A stretch of 60,435 bases of DNA from an uncultured Streptococcus sp. (GTDB lineage Bacteria; Bacillota; Bacilli; Lactobacillales; Aerococcaceae), in contig CAKAPS010000001.1 of NCBI GenBank assembly GCA_916719965.1, positions 1-60,435 of the forward strand, written 5' to 3'. The notes below the pieces were generated by a model. It searched no databases. It worked only from the letters and a program-made list of their open reading frames with translations, and was not told the DNA's origin. Positions within the stretch are counted from its first letter, which is position 1. Every line of letters starts with the position of its first letter. This document shows positions 52,671 to 60,435 of the stretch, piece after piece. The translations under genes and the position numbers were made by a program.

Positions 52671-52699
52671 AAAGGCTCGTAGCAATACGAGTCTTTTTT
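52671..52699 (+). terminator. Terminator after thrS
   Basis: aaaggctcgta/tacgagtcttt stem plus T run. Confidence 0.8.
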
Positions 52700-52721
52700 G
52701 TGCTTAATAATAATAAAACCG

Positions 52722-53066
52722 AAGGTTTTGATTTATGGCTGGGGTGGCTTAAGAAGGATAATTCTGCTTCTTATTAAACATAGGAGGGGAGATATTTTTA
52801 TTGAACTTTCGTTCTTTTGAATCATTGCGGATGTCTTCATAAAAGCTGTAATGGGATACCGGTTCGAGCCTTAGGTCTCTCACCTTCAAAGCCTCAAAAA
52901 CGGGAGTAAGGAATCAATTCCTAACTCCCGTTAATTCGTTTTGATATCATTCCCCATTACTGCTTTTATAGAATCCGCATGATTCTTCAGAACGCGTATA
53001 AAAATTTTATTCGTATATTTTATAAGATGAGCTATCTTTCTTAGACCGCCATAAATCAAAATGCTT
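52722..53066. repeat. Long nested imperfect inverted-repeat element (MITE-like repeat or structured RNA)
   Basis: ttttgatttatggc (52726-52739) pairs with gccataaatcaaaa (53048-53061); 52811-52856 pairs with 52951-52993; central hairpin at 52899-52932. Confidence 0.75.
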
Positions 53067-53168
53067 ATAAAAAGACGAGTCTTGCGAAAAATTAGTTATC
53101 GCTAAAATTGGAGCGTCCGCTGGTGCTGTCCATGGTGAGGTGAGTGCTGAAATAGTGGGAGTGGATGT

Positions 53169-53197
53169 TTGACAAAATCAGATTGCAAAGTTAAGAT
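53169..53197 (+). promoter_or_regulatory. sigma-A promoter of the MATE gene
   Basis: TTGACA-17-TAAGAT. Confidence 0.75.
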
Positions 53198-53209
53198 AAA
53201 TGTATTGGT

Positions 53210-53240
53210 AGATCTCTCCGCGTGTGGAGGGACTTTTTTT
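53210..53240 (+). terminator. Terminator-like hairpin in the MATE leader
   Basis: tctctcc-gcgtgt-ggaggga stem followed by T7, between the promoter and the RBS. Confidence 0.6.
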
Positions 53241-53276
53241 ATGCGTATATATAATTTATTGAGAAGGAGCGTTTAA

Positions 53277-54656
53277 ATGATAGTTGAAGAAAAACAAAAT
53301 CCATTAGGTATAGAAAAGATTGGAACTCTTCTTAGAAAGATGGCGATTCCTGCTATTATTGCGAATGTGGTGAACGCACTCTATAATATCGTTGACCAAA
53401 TTTTTATTGGACAAGGGGTAGGGTATCTTGGGAATGCAGCTACAAATATTGCTTTTCCAATTACAACCATCTGTATGGCGATTGGTTTAATGGTAGGGAT
53501 TGGTGCCGCGTCAAACTTTAACTTAGCGCTGGGCCGAAAAGAGGACAAGCATGCTCGTGAAGTTGCTGGGACTGCAGTGGTGTTGTTGGTGACTGCTGGG
53601 TTAATGATTATGAGCGTGGTTCTATTGTTTTTACAACCATTATTGAACCTGTTTGGTGCTACTGATCAGATTTTAGGATTCGCCAGTGAGTATGCAGGAA
53701 TTACGGCTTTTGGGATTCCGTTTTTCATGATTTCGATTGGTTTTAATCCACTGGTTCGTGCAGATGGTAGAGCAACGTATTCGATGATGGCGATTATTGT
53801 GGGAGCGCTGCTTAATACCGTTCTTGACCCGTTGTTCATCTTTGGATTTAATATGGGGATTGCCGGGGCTGCTTGGGCAACAGTCATTAGCCAAGTAGTT
53901 TCAGCACTCGTGTTACTCGCATATATCCCACGTTTTAGATCCGTTCGCTTTGAGCGTAGCGACTTTAAGTTGTCGTTTTCGGATGTAAAAGTGATTGCAT
54001 CACTTGGATTAACATCGTTCATTTTCCAAATTTCTGCGACCGTCGTACAAATTGTATCGAATAATCTTTTACGTACATATGGAGCACAATCCGTTTACGG
54101 TAGTGATATCCCGATTGCGGTTGGGGGAGTCGTGAGCAAAATCTTCGTTATATTCATTGCAGTTGTAATTGGGTTGAATCAAGGAGCACAACCGATTTTA
54201 GGGTTTAACTATGGCGCGAAGAAATATTCACGTGTGCATGAAACGATGAATTTACTACTGAAAGTAACCCTCATCTTATCGACGGTTTTATGGATTCTAT
54301 TTGAAGGCTTTCCGCTTCAACTCATTCAAATGTTTGGAAGTGGGGATGCTCTTTATTATGAATTTGGAGTGAGATATGCACGAGCATTCTTATTCTTTAC
54401 GTTTATTAATGGGACTACCATAATTGTGACAACCTTCTTCCCAGCAATCGGGAAAGCAAAATTAGGAGCGATTCTTTCTTTAACGCGACAAATGTTTGTT
54501 TTGTTGCCAGTGATGATTCTTCTTGCAACCAGTTTTGGAGTAGACGGATTGATTTTCGCAGGTCCAATTTCCGACTTTATCTGCTTTATCATTTGTATTG
54601 CTGTTTATATCCATCAAATGCGCAAGATTCCAAAGGCGGACGAACTTCTGGTATAA
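53277..54656 (+). CDS. MATE family efflux transporter (MepA-like)
   Basis: LYNIVDQIFIG, VRADG, NTVLDPLFIF, GAAWAT, QPILGFNYGA; about 12 TM. Confidence 0.92.
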   Translation: MIVEEKQNPLGIEKIGTLLRKMAIPAIIANVVNALYNIVDQIFIGQGVGYLGNAATNIAFPITTICMAIGLMVGIGAASNFNLALGRKEDKHAREVAGTAVVLLVTAGLMIMSVVLLFLQPLLNLFGATDQILGFASEYAGITAFGIPFFMISIGFNPLVRADGRATYSMMAIIVGALLNTVLDPLFIFGFNMGIAGAAWATVISQVVSALVLLAYIPRFRSVRFERSDFKLSFSDVKVIASLGLTSFIFQISATVVQIVSNNLLRTYGAQSVYGSDIPIAVGGVVSKIFVIFIAVVIGLNQGAQPILGFNYGAKKYSRVHETMNLLLKVTLILSTVLWILFEGFPLQLIQMFGSGDALYYEFGVRYARAFLFFTFINGTTIIVTTFFPAIGKAKLGAILSLTRQMFVLLPVMILLATSFGVDGLIFAGPISDFICFIICIAVYIHQMRKIPKADELLV

Positions 54657-54686
54657 TAGTTTGAAGTAACGGAAGGGGTAGGATTT

Positions 54687-56069
54687 ATGGAATGGTCTAA
54701 ATTACTTTCAACAAAACGTCTTTCTGGTAAAGAAGCAACACATCGCAACGAGTTCGACGACGATTACAAACGAATTGTAACGAGTCCTTCGTTTCGAAGA
54801 TTACAGGATAAGACACAAGTGTTTCCGCTGGAACGTCTTGATTTTATTCATACGCGACTAACGCACTCGTTAGAAGTGGCGATGGTGGCACGTTCTCTAG
54901 CGAAGGAAATTGTTATTTTATTGCAAGAGGAAGTAGAAAAGAAACCGGACAGCAGTAAAGAGGAAATGATTGCTCGACAAGAAGATGTATTGAAAATTGT
55001 TGAATGTGCCAGTCTCGTTCATGACCTTGGGAACCCTCCTTATGGCCATTTTGGGGAAGACATCATTCGACAATGGTTTAAGAAAAATCTGCAAAGTCTC
55101 TTGAAAGAGAGAAGTGATGTGGCAGAAGAATTTCTAGCGAGTCCTTATATCTATGATTTTTATCGTTTTGAAGGGAATGCACAATCACTTCGTATTGTAT
55201 CGAAGTTGCATGATTTCAAAGGTGAATTTGATGGGCTAGATTTAACTGCAGCAACGCTTAATACGATTCTAAAATATACGTATCCATCTTCTCATAAGAA
55301 AACAGAAGAGATTGCTTCTAAAAAAGTAGGGTATTTCTTTGCCGAAGAAAAAGCTTTTAAAACAGTAACGGAAATTACAGGAGCTGGAACGAGTCGTCAT
55401 CCATTGACTTACATCCTAGAAGCTGCAGACGATATTGCGTATCTAGTGGCGGATATGGAAGATGCGATTGGTAAAGGCGTGATTTCGTTTAGAGATGTGC
55501 GAGAGTTCTTACTAGAGAATTTGAGTACGGATGCCTATAGTGCACCGCATTCCGTTCATACACGAGAAGTGTTAACAACCATCGACGAGAAAGTCTTCAG
55601 TGTTAACCGATTCTTTGTGGATTTACGGGATAAATTAATCGATGGCGCACGTCATACTTTTGTGAATCATTATGAGGAGATTATGGCAGGGACATTCAAC
55701 CAAGACTTATTTAAAAATTCTTGGGCGGAAGATCTATATGTCATTCTTCGTAAATTATCTGAGGAACGCATTTATGACAATAAAGGAATCTTGAGGTTAG
55801 AAATTGCAGGATATACAACGCTCACGTATTTGTTGGATAGCTTTGTGCCTTCTCTCGTGTCGTATGATACGAATCGCCAGTTAGACTATGTAGAGTTGAA
55901 GAAGATTGGCATTATTTCTGAAAGCCAAAAACGTTCTTATCATTACTTTGCAGAAGGAAAGAGTGAAGTTGAAAAATTATACTTACGTCTTTTGTTAGCG
56001 ACGGACTTCATTTCAGGAATGACGGATAGTTATTCTCACCGCCTTTATTTAGATATGGTAGGAATTTAA
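54687..56069 (+). CDS. dgt: dGTP triphosphohydrolase (HD family)
   Basis: RRLQDKTQVF, TRLTHSLEV, HDLGNPPYGH, EGNAQ, EAADD, DFISGMTD. Confidence 0.92.
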   Translation: MEWSKLLSTKRLSGKEATHRNEFDDDYKRIVTSPSFRRLQDKTQVFPLERLDFIHTRLTHSLEVAMVARSLAKEIVILLQEEVEKKPDSSKEEMIARQEDVLKIVECASLVHDLGNPPYGHFGEDIIRQWFKKNLQSLLKERSDVAEEFLASPYIYDFYRFEGNAQSLRIVSKLHDFKGEFDGLDLTAATLNTILKYTYPSSHKKTEEIASKKVGYFFAEEKAFKTVTEITGAGTSRHPLTYILEAADDIAYLVADMEDAIGKGVISFRDVREFLLENLSTDAYSAPHSVHTREVLTTIDEKVFSVNRFFVDLRDKLIDGARHTFVNHYEEIMAGTFNQDLFKNSWAEDLYVILRKLSEERIYDNKGILRLEIAGYTTLTYLLDSFVPSLVSYDTNRQLDYVELKKIGIISESQKRSYHYFAEGKSEVEKLYLRLLLATDFISGMTDSYSHRLYLDMVGI

Positions 56070-56073
56070 TTCA

Positions 56074-56155
56074 AAGTAGAAAATTACCATATATGGTAAT
56101 TTTCTACTTCATAAATAAAAAAATACCGCCGACGAAAAATTTTCGTTGGCGGTTT
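56074..56155. terminator. Paired hairpins at a convergent gene junction
   Basis: Perfect 36-bp palindrome at 56074-56109 and accgccgacgaaaa/ttttcgttggcggt hairpin. Confidence 0.75.
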
Positions 56156-56168
56156 CAATTTATCTATA

Positions 56169-56468
56169 TTAATTGAACGTTGGTCGTTTCTTCTCAACAG
56201 GAATACTGATTTCAACAAAGTTATCAGCATGAATAATATCTAGACCTTCTGGTTCCATATGGAATAGGCGATGAACGACGAATTCAATTTCAACATCTTT
56301 AATACGTCTTTTTTTGTTTAAGATTACAATATCGCGGTGAGTGGCAGCGTCAGCATAGAAAACAGTTGTTTGACCAAGTGAGTATACCTTGATGAAGTAC
56401 GCATCTGTATTTGCTAACTGTTCATTGACAAGTTGCGAGTGAGAATTGGTAATATCGATAAGTTTCAT
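56169..56468 (-). CDS. DUF1827 family protein
   Basis: MKLIDITNSH..LV.EQL.NTDA..IKVYSLG.T; RBS aggagg; divergent from ptsH as in other Lactobacillales. Confidence 0.8.
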   Translation of the reverse strand: MKLIDITNSHSQLVNEQLANTDAYFIKVYSLGQTTVFYADAATHRDIVILNKKRRIKDVEIEFVVHRLFHMEPEGLDIIHADNFVEISIPVEKKRPTFN

Positions 56469-56764
56469 AGACACAGCCTCCTTCTGAAAAAATTCCTTGA
56501 AACCATTATACATTTTTTTTGTTTCATTTTCACCTACAAATTTAAGAAAAGTTATTAAATTTTAAAGAATTTTCAATCAAGAGATTTTTTTGTAAGTGTG
56601 ATAGGGATTGTGATGAAAGTGCTTTTAAAAAATGTATTTAAATAGTTGTTAAATTTCTCAAAAAATGGTAATCTTATTAATTGAAAGGGTTGTATTTTTG
56701 AGGCTTACATGCTCTCGAACGTACATTTCTTAACAAAAATTTACTTTCAAAGGAGACTTTCAAT

Positions 56765-57031
56765 ATGGAAAAGAAAGAATATCATGTAATCGCAGAAACA
56801 GGGATCCACGCTCGCCCAGCAACTTTATTAGTTCAAACAGCAAGCAAATATAGTTCAGATATCCAATTAGAATACAAAGGAAAATCTGTTAACTTAAAAT
56901 CAATCATGGGCGTTATGTCATTAGGTGTTGGCCAAGGTGCTGACGTAGTGATTACTGCTGAAGGTGCTGACGAAGCAGAAGCATTAGCAGGAATTGACGA
57001 AACAATGAAAAAAGAAGGATTAGCTGAATAA
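56765..57031 (+). CDS. ptsH: Phosphocarrier protein HPr
   Basis: GIHARPA (His15), LKSIMGV (Ser46). Confidence 0.98.
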   Translation: MEKKEYHVIAETGIHARPATLLVQTASKYSSDIQLEYKGKSVNLKSIMGVMSLGVGQGADVVITAEGADEAEALAGIDETMKKEGLAE

Positions 57032-57032
57032 T

Positions 57033-58760
57033 ATGAAACCAACATTACAAGGGATTGCTGCTAGTGATGGCATCGCAATTGCCAAAGTATATACTTTGAC
57101 TGAACCAGATTTAACAGTCACAAAAGTAACTGTTGAAGATTCAGAAAAAGAAGTTTCACGCTTGGATGATGCATTAGCAGCGTCAATAAAAGATGTCGAA
57201 TTAATCAAAGAGACTGCTTTGAAAAACTTAGGTGAAGAAGAAGCGCAAGTATTCGATGCTCACTTAATGGTTTTAAGCGATCCAGAATTAATTGGACAAG
57301 TAAAAGATAGCATTACATCTAACAAAGTGAATGCGGAATCTGCATTAAAAGAAGTAACAGATATGTTTATTTCTATTTTTGCAGGAATGGAAGATAACCC
57401 TTATATGCAAGAACGTGCTGCGGACATTCGTGACGTATCAAAACGTATCTTAGCACATCTTTTAGGCGTTAAAATTCCTAGCCCAGCAACTATCAAAGAT
57501 GAAGTGATTATCGTAGCTGCCGATTTAACACCGAGTGATACAGCTCAATTAAATCGCCAATACGTAAAAGCTTTCGTTACTGATATTGGTGGACGTACTT
57601 CTCACTCAGCTATTATGGCTCGTTCTTTAGAAATTCCAGCAATCGTTGGTACTAAAGAAGTGACTTCAACAGCTAAAGACGGAGATATCATTATCGTTGA
57701 TGGTTTGACAGGGGATGTATTCCTTAACCCATCTGAAGAAGTGATTGCTGAATACCGTGCTAAAGCAGAAGCATTTGCAGCTCAACAAGCTGAATGGGAA
57801 AAATTAAAAGACTCAAAAACTTACACTAAAGATGGCCATCAAGTTGAATTGGCTGCAAACATTGGTACACCTAAAGACCTAGAAGGTGTTGTAAACAATG
57901 GTGCAGAAGGTGTTGGTTTATACCGTACAGAATTCTTATACATGGATTCTCACGAAATGCCAACAGAAGAAGATCAATTTGAAGCTTACAAGGCTGTTTT
58001 AGAAGGTATGAATGGAAAACCTGTTGTCGTTCGTACAATGGATATCGGTGGGGATAAAGAGTTACCATACTTACCATTACCACACGAAATGAACCCATTC
58101 TTAGGATATCGTGCAATTCGTATCTCATTAAACGAACCAGAAATGTTCCGTACACAATTACGTGCGTTATTACGTGCTTCTGTATTCGGTAAATTACGTA
58201 TCATGTTCCCAATGATTGCGACATTAAATGATTTCCGTGGCGCTAAAGCGTTATTAGAAGAAGAAAAAGCTAAATTAATCGCAGAAGGTGTTGCAGTTAG
58301 CGATGATATCCAAGTAGGTATCATGATTGAAATTCCAGCAGCGGCAGTTTTAGCTCACCAATTCGCTAAAGAAGTGGACTTCTTCAGTATCGGAACGAAC
58401 GACTTAATCCAATACACAATGGCTGCTGACCGTATGAACGAACGCGTTTCATACTTATACCAACCATATAACCCATCAATCTTAACGTTAATCAAACACG
58501 TAATTGATTCAGCACACAAAGAAGGCAAATGGGCTGGAATGTGTGGGGAAATGGCTGGGGATCAAACAGCTGTACCTCTATTAGTAGGTCTTGGATTAGA
58601 CGAGTTCTCAATGTCTGCATCAAGTGTTCTAAAAACACGTAGCTTAATTGCCAAATTAACATTAAGCGATATGCAAGCATTAGCAGATAAAGCAATTAAC
58701 GAATGTGCAACTGTTCAAGAAGTTGAAGCATTAGTTGAAGAAGCTGTATCTAAAATCTAA
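57033..58760 (+). CDS. ptsI: PTS enzyme I
   Basis: [27 protein letters not shown]. Confidence 0.98.
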   Translation: MKPTLQGIAASDGIAIAKVYTLTEPDLTVTKVTVEDSEKEVSRLDDALAASIKDVELIKETALKNLGEEEAQVFDAHLMVLSDPELIGQVKDSITSNKVNAESALKEVTDMFISIFAGMEDNPYMQERAADIRDVSKRILAHLLGVKIPSPATIKDEVIIVAADLTPSDTAQLNRQYVKAFVTDIGGRTSHSAIMARSLEIPAIVGTKEVTSTAKDGDIIIVDGLTGDVFLNPSEEVIAEYRAKAEAFAAQQAEWEKLKDSKTYTKDGHQVELAANIGTPKDLEGVVNNGAEGVGLYRTEFLYMDSHEMPTEEDQFEAYKAVLEGMNGKPVVVRTMDIGGDKELPYLPLPHEMNPFLGYRAIRISLNEPEMFRTQLRALLRASVFGKLRIMFPMIATLNDFRGAKALLEEEKAKLIAEGVAVSDDIQVGIMIEIPAAAVLAHQFAKEVDFFSIGTNDLIQYTMAADRMNERVSYLYQPYNPSILTLIKHVIDSAHKEGKWAGMCGEMAGDQTAVPLLVGLGLDEFSMSASSVLKTRSLIAKLTLSDMQALADKAINECATVQEVEALVEEAVSKI

Positions 58761-58775
58761 ACAATAGATAGCCTG

Positions 58776-58805
58776 AACACCTGAGGGAAACTTTGGGTGT
58801 TTTTT
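58776..58805 (+). terminator. Terminator after ptsI
   Basis: aacacctgagg/ctttgggtgtt stem plus T run. Confidence 0.75.
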
Positions 58806-58918
58806 GTTGCCTAAATTTCTAAAAAAACATTAAATCCCGAGAAAGTACGGTTCTGAGTATGTTCACGGTGTGAGGAATATGATATACTACGATTCGTAGA
58901 AGAAATGAAGGGGAATGG

Positions 58919-59071
58919 ATGATGAAAGATAAGTTTCTAAAATTAGTTCGTAAGTGTGATACATTTTTAGGGTGGACACTCCTCTTTTATATCCTAATTA
59001 CGAGTATATTGTTATATGTTATTTTTACAGACTTTACAAATGCAACAGAATTTATTTATAACGCATTCTAA
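58919..59071 (+). CDS. DltX-like small membrane protein (50 aa), below the ORF-track cutoff
   Basis: MMKDKFLKLVRKCDTFLGWTLLFYILITSILLYVIFTDFTNATEFIYNAF: basic N-terminus, one TM, C-terminal FIYNAF; RBS aagggga, extended -10 TGaTATACT at 58880-58888, terminator at 59088-59116. Confidence 0.8.
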   Translation: MMKDKFLKLVRKCDTFLGWTLLFYILITSILLYVIFTDFTNATEFIYNAF

Positions 59072-59087
59072 AAAAACAACAGTATTG

Positions 59088-59116
59088 CTAGGAAGGTGTG
59101 ACTTTCCTAGTTTTTT
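59088..59116 (+). terminator. Terminator after the dltX-like gene
   Basis: ctaggaaggt-gtg-actttcctag plus T6. Confidence 0.8.
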
Positions 59117-59129
59117 CAGTTTTTTTACG

Positions 59130-59158
59130 TTGATTGAAATGACAAAGATTAGTATAAT
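59130..59158 (+). promoter_or_regulatory. Promoter of panT-coaBC
   Basis: TTGATT-17-TATAAT. Confidence 0.65.
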
Positions 59159-59185
59159 ACAGTCATTAAGACTTGAGGTGAAGAT

Positions 59186-59773
59186 ATGAAAAGACAAAGA
59201 ACTTTTCAAATGGTATTAAGTGCGATGTTTATCGCAATGATTATTTTACAAAGTTTTGTTCCATTTTTAGGGAACTTACCATTAGTGGTTTTAGATATTA
59301 CAATTATTCATATTACGGTTATTGTTGGTGGGATTGTGTTAGGGCCACAAGCTGGTTTCCTATTAGGCTTTACGTGGGGGATGTGTTCGTTCTTCCGCGC
59401 CTTTACTTCAGGGAGCCCGATTAGCTTGTTAATTTTTACGAATCCATTGATTTCAGTACTTCCACGTTTAGTGATGGGGGGACTTGTTGCGTTATTTTAT
59501 CATAAGACAACTAAACTCATTGCGTCCTACCAACTCAGAATGGCAGTGGCTGGTTTCCTTGGAAGTATTATGAATACGGTATTAGTATTAAGCTCCATTT
59601 ATTTACTGATGGGAAATCAATATGCAGAATTAACAGGGAAAACTGTTGCGGAATTGCCGCTCTTCTTAATGGGCGTTGTTATGACAAACGGTATTGCGGA
59701 AGCGTTGGCTGCAACCGTGATGACACCAATTATAGCTTCAATTTTAGTTAAGATTTCTAAGAAAAGAGGATAG
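59186..59773 (+). CDS. panT: ECF S-component, pantothenate-type (PanT-like)
   Basis: VPFLG, TIIHITVIVG, NPLISVLPR, NTVLVL, NGIAE; directly upstream of coaBC. Confidence 0.8.
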   Translation: MKRQRTFQMVLSAMFIAMIILQSFVPFLGNLPLVVLDITIIHITVIVGGIVLGPQAGFLLGFTWGMCSFFRAFTSGSPISLLIFTNPLISVLPRLVMGGLVALFYHKTTKLIASYQLRMAVAGFLGSIMNTVLVLSSIYLLMGNQYAELTGKTVAELPLFLMGVVMTNGIAEALAATVMTPIIASILVKISKKRG

Positions 59774-59776
59774 TGT

Positions 59777-60435
59777 ATGTGGGAAGGTAAAAACGTAACG
59801 GTCTTTGTTACAGGTGGAATCGCCGCGTTTAAAGCAGCTACACTTGTTCGCTTGTTTGTAAAAGCAGGGGCAAATGTGGAAGTTGCGATGACAAAGAGTG
59901 CGTGTGAATTCGTTACGCCACTAACGTTTCAAGTGTTAACGAAAAATAAAGTGCACACCGATACGTTTGACGAAGACGAAGCAGATCGCGTTCAACATAT
60001 TCATTTAGCCGATAAAACCGATGCGGCAGTTGTTGTACCAGCAACAGCTAATACGATTGCGAAATTGGCCAATGGAATCGCCGATAACTTTGTAACAAGC
60101 ACATTATTAGCAATAACGGCTCCGATTTATGTAGCGCCTGCGATGAATGAGCACATGTGGGAAAACCCTGCAACCGTTCGTAATGTGGCACAGCTTAAAG
60201 CAGATGGAAAAGTGATCATTGAACCAGCAACAGGATTTTTAGCAGAAGGATATAATGGGAAAGGCCGTCTTCCAGAACCAGAAGAAATCTTTGAACAAGT
60301 GACATTTTTCGAGAGTAGAAGAGAATACAAGTCTCCTTTAGAAGGAAAAAAGATTTTAATCACTGCTGGTGGAACAAAAGAGCGCATCGATCCAGTTCGT
60401 TATATCTCAAATGATTCTTCTGGGAAAATGGGCTA
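59777..60435 (+). CDS. coaBC: Bifunctional phosphopantothenoylcysteine decarboxylase/ligase (5' part, runs off the window)
   Basis: Manual translation: MWEGKNVTVFVTGGIAAFK...HIHLAD...PATANTIAK...PAMN...LITAGGTKERIDPVRYISNDSSGKMG. Confidence 0.95.
   Translation, partial: MWEGKNVTVFVTGGIAAFKAATLVRLFVKAGANVEVAMTKSACEFVTPLTFQVLTKNKVHTDTFDEDEADRVQHIHLADKTDAAVVVPATANTIAKLANGIADNFVTSTLLAITAPIYVAPAMNEHMWENPATVRNVAQLKADGKVIIEPATGFLAEGYNGKGRLPEPEEIFEQVTFFESRREYKSPLEGKKILITAGGTKERIDPVRYISNDSSGKMG

Noticed and set aside
52781..52842. Strong SD (aggagg) inside the fold-back element suggesting a type I toxin
   Set aside because: Only a 13-codon non-hydrophobic TTG ORF follows, at poor spacing.
52811..52993. 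Inner part of the fold-back element as 6S RNA
   Set aside because: The length is similar, but pairing extends well beyond it, the core is branched and asymmetric, and I see no promoter in front. An Rfam scan is needed to exclude it fully.
54687..56069. dGTPase as an anti-phage nucleotide-depletion system
   Set aside because: The motifs fit the ordinary Dgt family, and the neighbours (MATE, DUF1827, ptsHI) are housekeeping with no defence or mobile genes. A defence role cannot be excluded, but nothing here supports it.
56613..56695. cre-like sequences upstream of ptsH
   Set aside because: TGAAAGTGCTTTTA and TGAAAGGGTTGTAT both lack the central CG and the terminal CA; too weak to call.
59012..59209. 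Minus-strand 65-aa ORF from the track
   Set aside because: It overlaps the better-supported dltX-like gene, its terminator and the panT promoter, and has no recognisable features.
1993..60387. Many short antisense or alternate-frame ORFs in the track (e.g. 11339-11743, 16592-16999, 49788-50237, 57986-58324, 60127-60387)
   Set aside because: They are shadows of well-supported genes, with no recognisable motifs.
1..60435. CRISPR arrays, IS elements, prophage, tRNA/rRNA
   Set aside because: I found no spaced direct repeats, transposase, integrase or phage ORFs, or structural RNA gene signatures by eye.

Overview
Chromosomal window from a low-GC Lactobacillales bacterium. Gene content (rho present, fused coaBC, yut-like cluster, nrdR-dnaB-dnaI-thrS) is consistent with a Granulicatella/Carnobacteriaceae-type organism; this assignment is an inference. 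I saw no prophage, transposase, integrase, CRISPR, rRNA or tRNA. Main blocks: a complete L-fucose catabolic operon (DeoR regulator, fucA, fucI, orphan Lac/Cel-family PTS IIB and IIA, CUT2 ABC transporter, fucK, fucU, fucO); a split Man-family (Aga-like) PTS with a yajC-like gene; birA-bioY with a BirA operator; murA-rho; a GT2 plus two YfhO glycosylation locus; an amidase followed by the OYE-LLM-GcvH-L-Macro-SirTM-LplA2 lipoyl/ADP-ribosylation operon; pgi; coaE-nrdR-dnaB-dnaI; T-box-thrS; MATE; dGTPase; ptsHI; panT-coaBC (truncated by the window end). The best leads not shown by the ORF track are: a stand-alone 50-aa DltX-like gene (58919-59071) with no adjacent dlt/MBOAT genes; a ~345-nt nested fold-back element after thrS; an amidase-signature enzyme heading the SirTM operon (candidate lipoamidase); and a Cys-to-Glu change at the CoaC catalytic position.
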